NCBI GenBank assembly: GCA_035759745.1
Contig: DASTUF010000068.1
Span: 20,935-84,934 of the forward strand
DNA: 64,000 nucleotides
Direction: 5' to 3'
Source of the DNA: Gemmatimonadales bacterium
GTDB taxonomy: Bacteria; Gemmatimonadota; Gemmatimonadetes; Gemmatimonadales; GWC2-71-9
Part shown: positions 47,800 to 56,565 of the stretch, in pieces
How positions within the stretch are numbered: position 1 is the stretch's first letter
How the letters are laid out: the number at the start of each line of letters is the position of its first letter
Made by a program: the position numbers and the translations under genes
The notes under the pieces: generated by a model
What the model was told of the DNA's origin: nothing
The model's database searches: none
What the model saw: only the letters and a program-made list of their open reading frames with translations

Positions 47800-49545
47800 T
47801 CAACCGCAGAAGGACGTAACCAGGGCCGTCGTGCGTTCCTTGTACTGGACGATGCTTCCTTCCAGCCTGCCCGCCTCCTCGGGACGCCCGGTCTTGGCCT
47901 TCTGAATGGACGGACCGGCCTCGGTCATCAGCGCGTCCATGCGGCGTGCAGTCTCGCACGACTTGCCGGCCACCGCCTGGTCATCCAGTTGCGCCGTCAG
48001 TTGCAGGTTTGCCACCGCGAGCAGGTACGCCATCGTCGGCGAGAACGGAGCGTCAGGCGCCAGCTCGACTCCCTTGCGGAGCATCTCGCCTGCCAGCTCG
48101 AAGTTGGCCGTGTCGCCCACGGCAGTGTCGGGCTGGATGTACTTCAGCGCCCCATTGGTCAGAATGCCGGCGGCCTGCGGCTTGGAAAAGTCGTCGCCGT
48201 TCCGGCTCACCACGTCGATGAACGGCATGGCTTCCTCGCCACGCCGGGCATTCACCAGCGCCTGGGCCGCCGACAGCGCGGCCGTGACGTTGGTGGAGTC
48301 GATGGCCAGCAACCGCTGCGCGGCGGCCAGCGTGCTGTCGGCCTGCCCGGTGTAGGTGTACCCCTTGATCACGTTGGCCAGCATCGTCGGGTTGTTGGGA
48401 AACTTCTGCGCCCCGATGGCCGCCCACTTGGCGAAGGTCGCTGTGTCAGCTGCCGTCGGCGCCGGCATCGTGTCCGAGAGCCGCTGCTCGGCTGCCGCCG
48501 CGATCTTGGCGAAGAACAGCGTGTCGGCGCGGAGCGAATCGACCGCGTACGCCTGTTCCAGCGCCTGCACCGCGCACTGGTAGTTGCCGGCGAAGAGACA
48601 CGCGCTGCTCTTCAAGTCGTAGAGCTCGGCGTTGGTGGGATCGAGGCGCAGGCCCTCGTCCGCAACCTGAACGGCGGCATCGGACCGGCCGGCCGAGAGG
48701 AAGTAGCGGAACGCGCTCTGGCGCAGCTCCTGGTCGGTGGGCGCCGCCCGCAGCATGCTCTGCAGCATCGCCACCGCCTGCGTGGTGTCACCCTGCACCT
48801 CATGGATCGAGGCCAGCTGCCGCATGGCGATGACGCTGAGCGAATCGCCGGCGACCGCCGCCGAGAGATGCTCAACCTTCTGGGCGGTGTCGGTGGCAAG
48901 CTGGGCCAGGCAATAGTGCGCCAGGCCATTGGTCGGCATCCCCTTGAGAACCGATTCGGCCTTCTTGCGGGCATCAGCGGGCTTCTGGGCGCGAAGATTC
49001 ATGCATTCGCGGGCGTCGGCCAGGTTCTCCAGGGCCGGCCTCAGCGCATCCGCTGCGGCCTCACCCATCGCCTGCGGCGTGCCGCTCTGCTGAATGCGCA
49101 CCGTCACGCCGGCGTCATCGTTGGTGCCAGTCAGACGGGCCACCATGCTCCACTGGCCACTGGCCGGCTTCGACATCTGCGAGGTAACCAGCACCCGCCC
49201 GGCGATCTGCTGTGCCAGGGCGCGAGACAGCGCCGGCGTCAGCAACTGGTGCGGGTCATAGCCAAACTGCTCCAGCGCGGCGCTCATCATCGAGTCGCTG
49301 ATGACGGAATAGGTGTTTCGGGGCGCAACCCGGGCCACACGATCACGCATGGCCTGGCCCACACCCACCGCCAGCGCACTGTCGGCGGTGGTGAAGACGT
49401 AGGGGGTCGCCACCATGATCCGGGTCAACGGTGTGGCGGATCGTCCGCCCCCGATGCGGGCACCCGAAGGGATGCCCTGCGCTACGACCGGCGCCGCGCC
49501 CAGCACCATCAGCATCGAAGCCAGTCCGAATTGGCGAATCTTCAT
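47800..49545 (-). CDS. Exported TPR-repeat protein
   Basis: Start taken at the ATG at 49543-49545 (MKIRQFGLASMLMVLGAAPVVAQG...), because the track start at 49599 would overlap tRNA-Val. There are multiple A/L/Y-rich helical repeats of TPR type and a C-terminal Cys (SFCG). Confidence 0.7.
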   Translation of the reverse strand: MKIRQFGLASMLMVLGAAPVVAQGIPSGARIGGGRSATPLTRIMVATPYVFTTADSALAVGVGQAMRDRVARVAPRNTYSVISDSMMSAALEQFGYDPHQLLTPALSRALAQQIAGRVLVTSQMSKPASGQWSMVARLTGTNDDAGVTVRIQQSGTPQAMGEAAADALRPALENLADARECMNLRAQKPADARKKAESVLKGMPTNGLAHYCLAQLATDTAQKVEHLSAAVAGDSLSVIAMRQLASIHEVQGDTTQAVAMLQSMLRAAPTDQELRQSAFRYFLSAGRSDAAVQVADEGLRLDPTNAELYDLKSSACLFAGNYQCAVQALEQAYAVDSLRADTLFFAKIAAAAEQRLSDTMPAPTAADTATFAKWAAIGAQKFPNNPTMLANVIKGYTYTGQADSTLAAAQRLLAIDSTNVTAALSAAQALVNARRGEEAMPFIDVVSRNGDDFSKPQAAGILTNGALKYIQPDTAVGDTANFELAGEMLRKGVELAPDAPFSPTMAYLLAVANLQLTAQLDDQAVAGKSCETARRMDALMTEAGPSIQKAKTGRPEEAGRLEGSIVQYKERTTALVTSFCG

Positions 49546-49598
49546 TCCCTGTCCTCCAAGGCGTGGAGGGCCGAACCCGGCCCGATTGACTCGCTGCA

Positions 49599-49673
49599 TG
49601 GGCGAAGAGGGATTCGAACCCCCGACATCCTGCGTGTAAGGCAGGCGCTCTGAACCAGCTGAGCTATTCGCCC
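49599..49673 (-). tRNA. tRNA-Val (anticodon TAC)
   Basis: Hand-folded: acceptor GGGCGAA/TTCGCCC, anticodon stem CCTGC/GCAGG with loop CTTACAC, T arm GGGGG-TTCGAAT-CCCTC, discriminator A. 75 nt. No encoded CCA. Confidence 0.93.
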
Positions 49674-49742
49674 GTCTGGCGCCTCATCCTCACTGAAATT
49701 ACCCCAGGATGCAGGCTCCGTGCCGTGGTCCGTATCACGCTG

Positions 49743-49934
49743 TTACAATGCGATGGCCAACGGAAATAGCACGCAGTAGCCCACAACCAGCAGGACCGCC
49801 GCAGCCGACGGATGGCCCGCATTGAGGACGGCGTAACCCGCCACCAGCGTCAACGTGGCGATGGCCAGCAGCACGAGATTGCGGCGCCCGAAGAGCGCCG
49901 AGCGGCCCCGCGTAGTCACAGATGTACCTGTCAT
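49743..49934 (-). CDS. Small two-TM membrane protein, unknown function
   Basis: 63 aa. FGRRNLVLLAIATLTLVAGYAVL...AAAVLLVVGYCVLFPLAIAL. It is the last ORF of the long minus-strand gene run. Family not established. Confidence 0.45.
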   Translation of the reverse strand: MTGTSVTTRGRSALFGRRNLVLLAIATLTLVAGYAVLNAGHPSAAAVLLVVGYCVLFPLAIAL

Positions 49935-49946
49935 AAGGGCATCACG

Positions 49947-50951
49947 CTACTCACTCGGCGGGACTCGGTCAAGTTCTGCAAGGGCTTCCGGGGACGGTAT
50001 TTCCCAGCCCTCGTCGAGCGCCTCCCGGCGCGGAAGGTCCTGGCGCCGCCGGAACCAGGCTGCTGCCATCACGGCTGCCGCCATCACCACCCAGAAGCCG
50101 CCGGCCACCATCCAGGTAAGCAGCCCATAGCGTCGGCGCACGTCTCGCCGCCAGGCTGCCGCAAACTGGCCCGGGTTGAGCCCGGTGCTGCGCCGGACAG
50201 CATCGCGCCAAGGTACACCCTGCCGCAACAGCTCCAGCAGTGGAGCCAGCGACCCCGTCGGGTGCCGTCGCGCCAGGTCGAGTACGGCGCTGGTCGCCAG
50301 TGCGTACGACGCCTCGGCAGCAGCGGGCCCGGCGCGGAGCGTGGAATCAAGCTGGTCGAGCTCGGGGACTGCGCCACGGAGTACCGAGACGTTGAGCGCG
50401 AGCCCGTCGAGGCGGGACCACTCTCCCGCCGCGTACGAGGCGTATCCCTCCTCGAACCAGCGAGGCATCCGGGTGCGGACCGCACGCCGGAGCGCAAGGT
50501 GGGCCAGTTCGTGGCGCAGGGTACCCGCGGGATCGCCGGCGTCGGTGCGGATGACTATCGTCCTGCTCCCCGGCAGGGCGACGCCCGCGCCCCATGCTGG
50601 CGCCCGGCCCCCGGTCATCCGCTGCAGCGCGTCTACATCCGGCACCACGATCAGCCGAATCGGGCCCGGGTCCTGGCGCCCCAGGCCGGGCCAGGTGGCG
50701 GGCATATCCGCGATTTCGCCGAGGGTGGTGGCCAGGCTCATTTGTTCGGGCCAGGCCACCACCGTTACCTGTCCTACGATGGCAACGTCCGGCCGGCCAG
50801 GATCGGTTCCCTGCAAGCCCAGCAGGAACAGGAGTAGGGTCAGGCGGACTGACGTCGCGGTATGTCCCCTCCGCTGGCGACCAGATCCAGCATCTCCTTG
50901 CAGCGCTTGCCATGGGGGCTGAGCCGGTTGGCCCGCCAGCCCTCGCCCCAC
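49947..50951 (-). CDS. Putative zinc metallopeptidase (HExxH) with a C-terminal TM segment
   Basis: 334 aa. HELAHLAL followed 17 residues later by EEGYASY (a gluzincin-like third ligand). Hydrophobic LTLLLFLLGL near the N-terminus, and WMVAGGFWVVMAAAVMAAAW near the C-terminus. The only in-frame start upstream of the first hydrophobic segment is the GTG at 50951, which overlaps the upstream gene by 112 nt. Confidence 0.6.
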   Translation of the reverse strand: MGRGLAGQPAQPPWQALQGDAGSGRQRRGHTATSVRLTLLLFLLGLQGTDPGRPDVAIVGQVTVVAWPEQMSLATTLGEIADMPATWPGLGRQDPGPIRLIVVPDVDALQRMTGGRAPAWGAGVALPGSRTIVIRTDAGDPAGTLRHELAHLALRRAVRTRMPRWFEEGYASYAAGEWSRLDGLALNVSVLRGAVPELDQLDSTLRAGPAAAEASYALATSAVLDLARRHPTGSLAPLLELLRQGVPWRDAVRRSTGLNPGQFAAAWRRDVRRRYGLLTWMVAGGFWVVMAAAVMAAAWFRRRQDLPRREALDEGWEIPSPEALAELDRVPPSE

Positions 50952-51712
50952 GACTCGAGCGCTGCATCGCGGTCATCGGCGAGCCACTGGGCTCGCCCCA
51001 GTTCGTACCAGGCCTCGATCATGTTGGGCCCCAGCGCCAGCGTCTTCCGGAAGAAGCTCTGCGCATCGACGTACATCTCGCGCTCCAGATAGACCAGCCC
51101 GAGGTAGAAATGAGCGTATAGTGTGGCCTTGCGGTCGTTGTCCAGGCGGATGGCGCGCGAAAGGTGCTCGATGGCCTCGCCGAAGATCCGCTTCTTGAGG
51201 CAGATGTAGCCAACGTTGATCCGGGCGAGCGCGTTGGACGGCTCGCGCATGAGGACGCGGGAGAAGGTGGAGAGTGCCTCGTCGTACTGCTCCGCGTGCA
51301 TCTGGGCCCAGCCAAGGAGCGATTGGGCCTCGGTTGCGTCGGGAGAGAGCGCCAGCGCCTTCTCCAGCACCTGGATGGCCGAGGCGTACTCGCCCAGCGA
51401 AATCAGGCTCCAGCCCTTCTCGATGAAGGTGGAGGCCCCGATATGGTCGGCATGCACCGCTGGAGCCGAGCCCGGGAGTCGCGGGCCGGCGTCGGCATCC
51501 GCGGCCGCCATGGTCTGCTTGTACCCGTCCACCAGCGTTCGGATGCTCTCCTTGATCTCGCCCATCTCGACCAGCGTCGCATCCACGTCCTTGAACAGGG
51601 CGATGATGTCGCGCTTCACCGCTTCGCGATCGGCCGCGCTCGCCGTCGCGGCCAGCCGGGTCTCGATGTCGGCGTAGCGCCGGCGGAAGTCGGCTGCGGC
51701 AGGCTCGGTCAT
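50840..51712 (-). CDS. TPR-repeat protein with an N-terminal coiled-coil region
   Basis: 290 aa. TPR-like units (EYASAIQVLEKALALSPDATEAQSLLGWAQMHAEQYDEALSTFSRVLMREPSN...). Overlaps the cheW stop by 4 nt. Confidence 0.7.
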   Translation of the reverse strand: MTEPAAADFRRRYADIETRLAATASAADREAVKRDIIALFKDVDATLVEMGEIKESIRTLVDGYKQTMAAADADAGPRLPGSAPAVHADHIGASTFIEKGWSLISLGEYASAIQVLEKALALSPDATEAQSLLGWAQMHAEQYDEALSTFSRVLMREPSNALARINVGYICLKKRIFGEAIEHLSRAIRLDNDRKATLYAHFYLGLVYLEREMYVDAQSFFRKTLALGPNMIEAWYELGRAQWLADDRDAALESWGEGWRANRLSPHGKRCKEMLDLVASGGDIPRRQSA

Positions 51713-52173
51713 CGGGCCAGCCGCTCCAGCTCGACCCGCTCGGTCGAGTTGAACAATCGGCGGGCGTTGAGCAGCAGCAGCACCCGCTCGCCCACGGTGG
51801 CAATTCCGGTGATGAACTCCGCCGCCAGGCCCCTCACCATCTCTGGCGGTGCGGCGATGACGCCGGCATCCACGCGCATCACCTCGCGCACTTCGTCCAC
51901 GACGACCCCCACGCCTTCCCCACCCATGGTGATGACGACGATCCGGGTGTCGTCATCCACGGTGGCCGGCAGGCCGAGGCGCTTGCGGAGGTCCACCACC
52001 GGCAGGGCGGATCCATCGTGCTGGACCATCCCCTCGAGGAAGCCGGGAGCACCGGGCAGCGCCGACGGCTGCTGCCACCGGAGGATGCGCTCCACCTGCA
52101 GGATATCGAACGCGAACTCCTGGGTGCCGGTGCGGAACGCGACCAGCTGCACATCATCGCCCGTCATCGTCAC
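51709..52173 (-). CDS. cheW: Chemotaxis coupling protein CheW
   Basis: 154 aa. QLVAFRTGTQEFAFDILQVERIL...PGAPGFLEGMVQHDGSALPVVDLRKRLG...GVVVDEVREV, the canonical CheW pattern. Confidence 0.9.
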   Translation of the reverse strand: MTMTGDDVQLVAFRTGTQEFAFDILQVERILRWQQPSALPGAPGFLEGMVQHDGSALPVVDLRKRLGLPATVDDDTRIVVITMGGEGVGVVVDEVREVMRVDAGVIAAPPEMVRGLAAEFITGIATVGERVLLLLNARRLFNSTERVELERLAR

Positions 52174-52592
52174 AGCATTCCCTCCTCGGCCAGCCTGGCG
52201 CCGAGCAGTGAGAGGTCCAGCAGGGGGATGAGTGAGTCCTCGTACCGCAGCACCGCTCGCGACCAGGGCACTGCCCGGTCAACCGGCACCGCCATCGGGT
52301 CGCCCTCGATCACCAGGTCGGCGTGATCCACCTCGAGGCAGATTCGGCGGCCGTCGGCGTTCAGCACCACGGCCATGGGCGCCGTCGCGGGTTCGGCTCC
52401 GCCGGGCGCCAGCATCCGGGCGAGCGACAACACCGGCACCAACTGGCCCCGGAAGGTCGCGACGCCGACCAGCGACGCCTCTCGGGCCGGGACCGGCGCG
52501 ACGCTGCCGGCGTCCGCCACCAGCTCGAGCTCGCGCACGGGAAGCCCGAAGGCACGGCCACCCGCATGGACCAGGAGGAACGATTCACTCAC
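52170..52592 (-). CDS. CheW-like domain protein (second, divergent)
   Basis: 140 aa. [21 protein letters not shown]...[27 protein letters not shown]... Confidence 0.75.
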   Translation of the reverse strand: MSESFLLVHAGGRAFGLPVRELELVADAGSVAPVPAREASLVGVATFRGQLVPVLSLARMLAPGGAEPATAPMAVVLNADGRRICLEVDHADLVIEGDPMAVPVDRAVPWSRAVLRYEDSLIPLLDLSLLGARLAEEGML

Positions 52593-53668
52593 GCGGCCGC
52601 CATGCGGCTGAGCCGCTCGGCGAGAAACTCGCCGATCCCGGTGATCGACAACTGCACGTCAGCGCCGCCGGCGACCCGGGCGGCGTTGGGCATGCCGTAC
52701 ACTACCGACGTCTCGCGGTCCTGGGCCACGCCAAGTCCGCCCGCTTCACGGACGGCGCGCATGCCTTCCGCACCATCCTTGCCGATTCCGGTCAGCACCA
52801 CCGCGATGGCGTGCCGTCCATAGCTGGCGGCGACACTGCGGAACAGCGGATCCGCTGCGGGGCGCACTCCCCAGACCGGCGCCGAGCGGTCGAGCAGGAG
52901 CGCCGGGCCGTCGCTCCGGCGCGCCACCGTCATATGGTAGTCACCAGGCGCCACGTATGCCGTGTCCTCCAGCAGCGGGGTCGCGTGCTCGGCTTCCACC
53001 ACCCGAACCATGCTCTGCGCGGCGAGCCGCTCGGCGAGGGTGCGGGTGAACCGGGGTGGCATGTGCTGCACGATGAGCACCGCGGCGCCCAGGCCCGTGG
53101 GCAGCCGAGGCACCACCTCCATAAGGGCGCGGGGCCCGCCGGTAGAGGCAGCGATCGCTACCACCCGGCGAGCGCGGTCCGGCAGGACGCCAAAACCGCC
53201 CGACTGCATCGGCGGCCGATGGGGGCGCGCGAGCGGGGCCAGGCGGAAGAGTTCGGCATGCTGGGCCGCGCGCAGCGCCGTGAGCACCCGCTGCCCCAGC
53301 CGCTCGACATTCTCCCGGCTCCGTCCCTCATCCTTGGCGACGAGGTCAACGGCACCGAGTTCAAGCGCCCGAATGGCACCGGCGGTGCCCGGCCCCGCGT
53401 ACGCGCTGACCACCACCACCGGCCGGGGGGCTTCGGACATGATGTACCCGATGGCAGCGAGCCCGTCGAGCTCCGGCATCTCGAGGTCCATCAGCACCAG
53501 GTCCGGCGCGAGCGCGTGCACCTTCTCGATCGCGTCCTGGCCGTTCCGCGCGGTGCCCGCGACGGTGAAGTCGCCCGACTGCTGCACCGCCTCCGCCAGC
53601 AGCCGGCGAAAGAACGGGCTGTCGTCGACGATCAGGACCGTGCGGGGGCTAGAGTTCGCGGTTGCCAT
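52589..53668 (-). CDS. cheB: Chemotaxis response regulator protein-glutamate methylesterase CheB
   Basis: 359 aa. Receiver domain ([14 protein letters not shown]...[14 protein letters not shown]), then the methylesterase domain ([26 protein letters not shown]). Confidence 0.95.
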   Translation of the reverse strand: MATANSSPRTVLIVDDSPFFRRLLAEAVQQSGDFTVAGTARNGQDAIEKVHALAPDLVLMDLEMPELDGLAAIGYIMSEAPRPVVVVSAYAGPGTAGAIRALELGAVDLVAKDEGRSRENVERLGQRVLTALRAAQHAELFRLAPLARPHRPPMQSGGFGVLPDRARRVVAIAASTGGPRALMEVVPRLPTGLGAAVLIVQHMPPRFTRTLAERLAAQSMVRVVEAEHATPLLEDTAYVAPGDYHMTVARRSDGPALLLDRSAPVWGVRPAADPLFRSVAASYGRHAIAVVLTGIGKDGAEGMRAVREAGGLGVAQDRETSVVYGMPNAARVAGGADVQLSITGIGEFLAERLSRMAAA

Positions 53669-54134
53669 GCGCCACCGAAGAGACTATCACGCTCCCGTCC
53701 GCAATGGTGAATGTTACCGTCCGGCCGAAGTCACCGCCTACCGCCTCGCCCATGATCGGAATCTCGTGCTGCAGCAGCACGGTGCGGGTAGCGACCAGAT
53801 TGCGCTCGCCCATCTGGATGGTCCCGGGTGACGCCAGGTTGGCGAACATGCTCGCCCCACCGGCGAGCCGGGCCTGGATCCGGCGGCGGTCGGCGCCGAG
53901 CTCGGTCATCGCGGCGAGCATCGCCGGGATCGCGGTCTGCGGCACCCGCGCCGGGCGATGCGTGGTGGATCGTGCCAGCGCCGGCGTCGGGAGCAGCACA
54001 TGCGCCAGGCCGCCCACGCGCGACACCGCATCGTGCAGCACGATGGCCACGCAGCTCCCCAGGCCGACCGTGACCAGCGTGGTGCCGGCGGTCGCGGCGC
54101 GAAGTTCGGCCACGCGCACGAAGAGCTTGCTCAC
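53649..54134 (-). CDS. cheD: Chemoreceptor glutamine deamidase CheD
   Basis: 161 aa. [14 protein letters not shown]...GLAHVLLP...KLAGGASMF-type pattern ([10 protein letters not shown] here). Confidence 0.9.
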   Translation of the reverse strand: MSKLFVRVAELRAATAGTTLVTVGLGSCVAIVLHDAVSRVGGLAHVLLPTPALARSTTHRPARVPQTAIPAMLAAMTELGADRRRIQARLAGGASMFANLASPGTIQMGERNLVATRTVLLQHEIPIMGEAVGGDFGRTVTFTIADGSVIVSSVAHGNREL

Positions 54135-54949
54135 GCGGCCCGCCGGTAGATGCGCTCGCGGGTGTCGATCAGGGTGAGCCGTTCGCGGGCGCTGCCGAGC
54201 AGGGTTTCCACTTTCCCCAGTACCAGCAGTCCCCCGGGCGAGAGGTGACCGGCAAAGGTCTCGAACAGACGCTCCTGCATCGGCCGATCGAAATAGATGA
54301 CGACATTGCGGCAGCAGATGAGATCGTACACCGGCCGCAGCGGCTGCTCGCGGGCGAGGTCAAGCCGGGTCACATGCACCAGCCGCCGAAGTTCGGCTCG
54401 GACCTGTCGGCCGGTCGGTGTCTCGACGGTCCACCGCGTCACGAAGGCAGGTGGCGTCTCCTGGAATGCCTCGGCCCGGTACTCACCAGCTGCGGCGCGC
54501 TCCAGCGACGCGCGGTCGACATCGGTGGCGTCAATCTCCAGCCGCCCCAGCCAGTCGGCGTGCCCCGCGTTCGCCGCCAGCTCGGCGACGATCATCGCGA
54601 TGGTGTATGGCTCTTCCCCCGATGCGCAGCCCGCGCTCCACACCCGCAGGGCGCCCTCGCGCCCCGACCACAATGCCGGCAGCGGACCGGTGCGAAGTGC
54701 GTCCCAGGTCTCCGGGTTCCGGTAGAAGCGGGTGACATTGATGGTGAGGGCATCCTGCAACCGGTGCAGCTCGTCCGCGTTCCGGTCCAGGAAGTCGAGA
54801 TACTCGTCGTAGCTGGCCGCACCGCAGGCGCGCATCCGCACGGCGATGCGCCGGCGGAGGCACTTGTCCTTGTACACCTCGAGGGACATGCCCGACGCGG
54901 CGGAGAGGCGGCGGGTGAGCCGCTCGAACTCGACATCGCGGTCGGTCAC
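54131..54949 (-). CDS. cheR: Chemotaxis protein-glutamate O-methyltransferase CheR
   Basis: 272 aa. Motifs TINVTRFYRNPETWDAL, RVWSAGCASGEEPYTIAM and LICCRNVVIYFD. Confidence 0.95.
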   Translation of the reverse strand: MTDRDVEFERLTRRLSAASGMSLEVYKDKCLRRRIAVRMRACGAASYDEYLDFLDRNADELHRLQDALTINVTRFYRNPETWDALRTGPLPALWSGREGALRVWSAGCASGEEPYTIAMIVAELAANAGHADWLGRLEIDATDVDRASLERAAAGEYRAEAFQETPPAFVTRWTVETPTGRQVRAELRRLVHVTRLDLAREQPLRPVYDLICCRNVVIYFDRPMQERLFETFAGHLSPGGLLVLGKVETLLGSARERLTLIDTRERIYRRAA

Positions 54950-56565
54950 GAGGCAGCATCCAGCAGGTCGAGATTGGCACGGGCCAGCTGATGGGCCGGG
55001 TTGAGTTCGGTGGCCCGGAGCCAGCGTTCGCGGGCGCGCACCGTCTCGCGCCGCTTGAAGGCGATGTTGCCCAGCTTGAAGTAGACGTCGTCGCCCAGGT
55101 CCGGCGCGAGCTTCAGCGCCCGCTCGTACGCGTCGGACGCCTCATCGTAGCGGCCCGAGCGATAGCAGATGTCGGCGAGGTTCTTCCACAGCTGCGGCAA
55201 GGCTGGCTCATCCTCGAGCGCGGCGCGCAGCAGGCGTTCCGCCTCCTCGACATGGCCGCCGGCCTCCAGCAATACAGCCAGCGCGTTCCTGAGGATGGCA
55301 CTGCCCGGATGGGCCTCGACTCCGGCGCGGGCGGTCTCGCGTGCGGCGTCGGACCGGTCCGCAACCGCATGCGCCAACGAGGCGGCCCAGAACCAGACGG
55401 CCGGCACCGGGCGCTGTCCCAGGAGCTCCCGGGCGCGCTGCAGCCGCTCCAGCGCCTGGGCATGGTCACCGCGCTTGAGGGCAATGATGCCCCAGCCCAG
55501 CTGGATGCGCGGCTCGTCCCGGGCCCGGGCCGCCGCATCGGCATAGGCGGCCTCGGCCTCCTCCAGCCGGTCGAGACGTTCGAGCGCGTAGGCCAGGTTG
55601 TGAAGCGCCGCGGGCCGGGGGCCTCCCTTCTCGATCACCTCGCGCAGGATGTCGACCGCATCGGTCCAGCGCGCCTGGCACAGCGCGATCAGCCCCAGGT
55701 GAAAGGGCGCAGCGGCCTCAGAGGGGCGCAGGTCGGCCACCCGCCGGAACTCGCGTTCGGCTTCGTCCAGCATTCCGGTGCGGAAGAAGGCCACGCCGAG
55801 GTTGCGGTGCTCTTCGACCCTCGCATCGGTGGCACGCGGCGCGGACGACGCGGTCGATGAGCCGACCCGGTGCGCGAAGCCGGCGGTGATGAGGCCGTAC
55901 AGGGCCTTGCCGGTCTCGAACTCCACCAGGCCCGACTCCTCCATGACCTGCCGGACATCGCGGGTGCCATCGAGCAGCGGCAGTATCTGGCTCTGCGCGG
56001 CGCTCAACGTGACATCCGACTCGGCCATCCGGTCGGGCTCGACCCGGAACTGCAAGTCAAAGGACGGAATCTTCCGCGTGATCAGTTCCCACTCGTCCAC
56101 CCGTCGGGCTCCTTCGAGCAGCAGGCTCTCCGGGTTGATGGACACGAGGAAGTCCTCGCGTTCGGGCCGCACGCCGGCTTCGAAGTTGAAGGTCCCGCTG
56201 TTCCAGGTGAAGAGGAAATACACCGCCTCCTCGATCTGGACCCGCATGTAGTCCTCGAGCTCCTGGCGAGTGAGCGCGCCTGCTTCCACCAGCAGCTCGC
56301 CGATCTTCTGCTCCGGGGACTGCGCCTGCGCGTCCACGGCCCGCTGCAGCACCTCCGGCGCGAGCCGGCCGCTTCGCACCAGCAGGTCACCCAGGCGGTC
56401 GCGCCGGTTGACGATCGAGGCGTAGATCAGCCGGCCCTCATCGAAGTAGATGTAGCCGAAGTTCTGGCGATCGGCGATCGACAGGCATCCCGAGCGGCGC
56501 CCCAGCGTGAGCAGCTGGATGACGTCCGGCAAGCTGGCTTCCTTGAGGCTGCCCTTGATGGCCAT
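54946..56565 (-). CDS. PATAN/DUF4388-domain protein with a helical insert and a C-terminal TPR array
   Basis: Start at the ATG at 56563-56565 ([50 protein letters not shown]...), abutting the upstream stop. The G.L...SL.DV.QLL...SG.L...G.IYF..G pattern is the DUF4388 signature as I recall it. The C-terminal ~300 aa are TPR repeats. Confidence 0.75.
   Translation of the reverse strand: MAIKGSLKEASLPDVIQLLTLGRRSGCLSIADRQNFGYIYFDEGRLIYASIVNRRDRLGDLLVRSGRLAPEVLQRAVDAQAQSPEQKIGELLVEAGALTRQELEDYMRVQIEEAVYFLFTWNSGTFNFEAGVRPEREDFLVSINPESLLLEGARRVDEWELITRKIPSFDLQFRVEPDRMAESDVTLSAAQSQILPLLDGTRDVRQVMEESGLVEFETGKALYGLITAGFAHRVGSSTASSAPRATDARVEEHRNLGVAFFRTGMLDEAEREFRRVADLRPSEAAAPFHLGLIALCQARWTDAVDILREVIEKGGPRPAALHNLAYALERLDRLEEAEAAYADAAARARDEPRIQLGWGIIALKRGDHAQALERLQRARELLGQRPVPAVWFWAASLAHAVADRSDAARETARAGVEAHPGSAILRNALAVLLEAGGHVEEAERLLRAALEDEPALPQLWKNLADICYRSGRYDEASDAYERALKLAPDLGDDVYFKLGNIAFKRRETVRARERWLRATELNPAHQLARANLDLLDAAS

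Noticed and set aside
47663-49673. A genomic island or prophage integrated at tRNA-Asp or tRNA-Val.
   Set aside because: There is no integrase, no phage or mobile genes, no duplicated tRNA 3' segment, and the intervening TPR gene has normal GC content. It is kept only as a low-interest synteny oddity.
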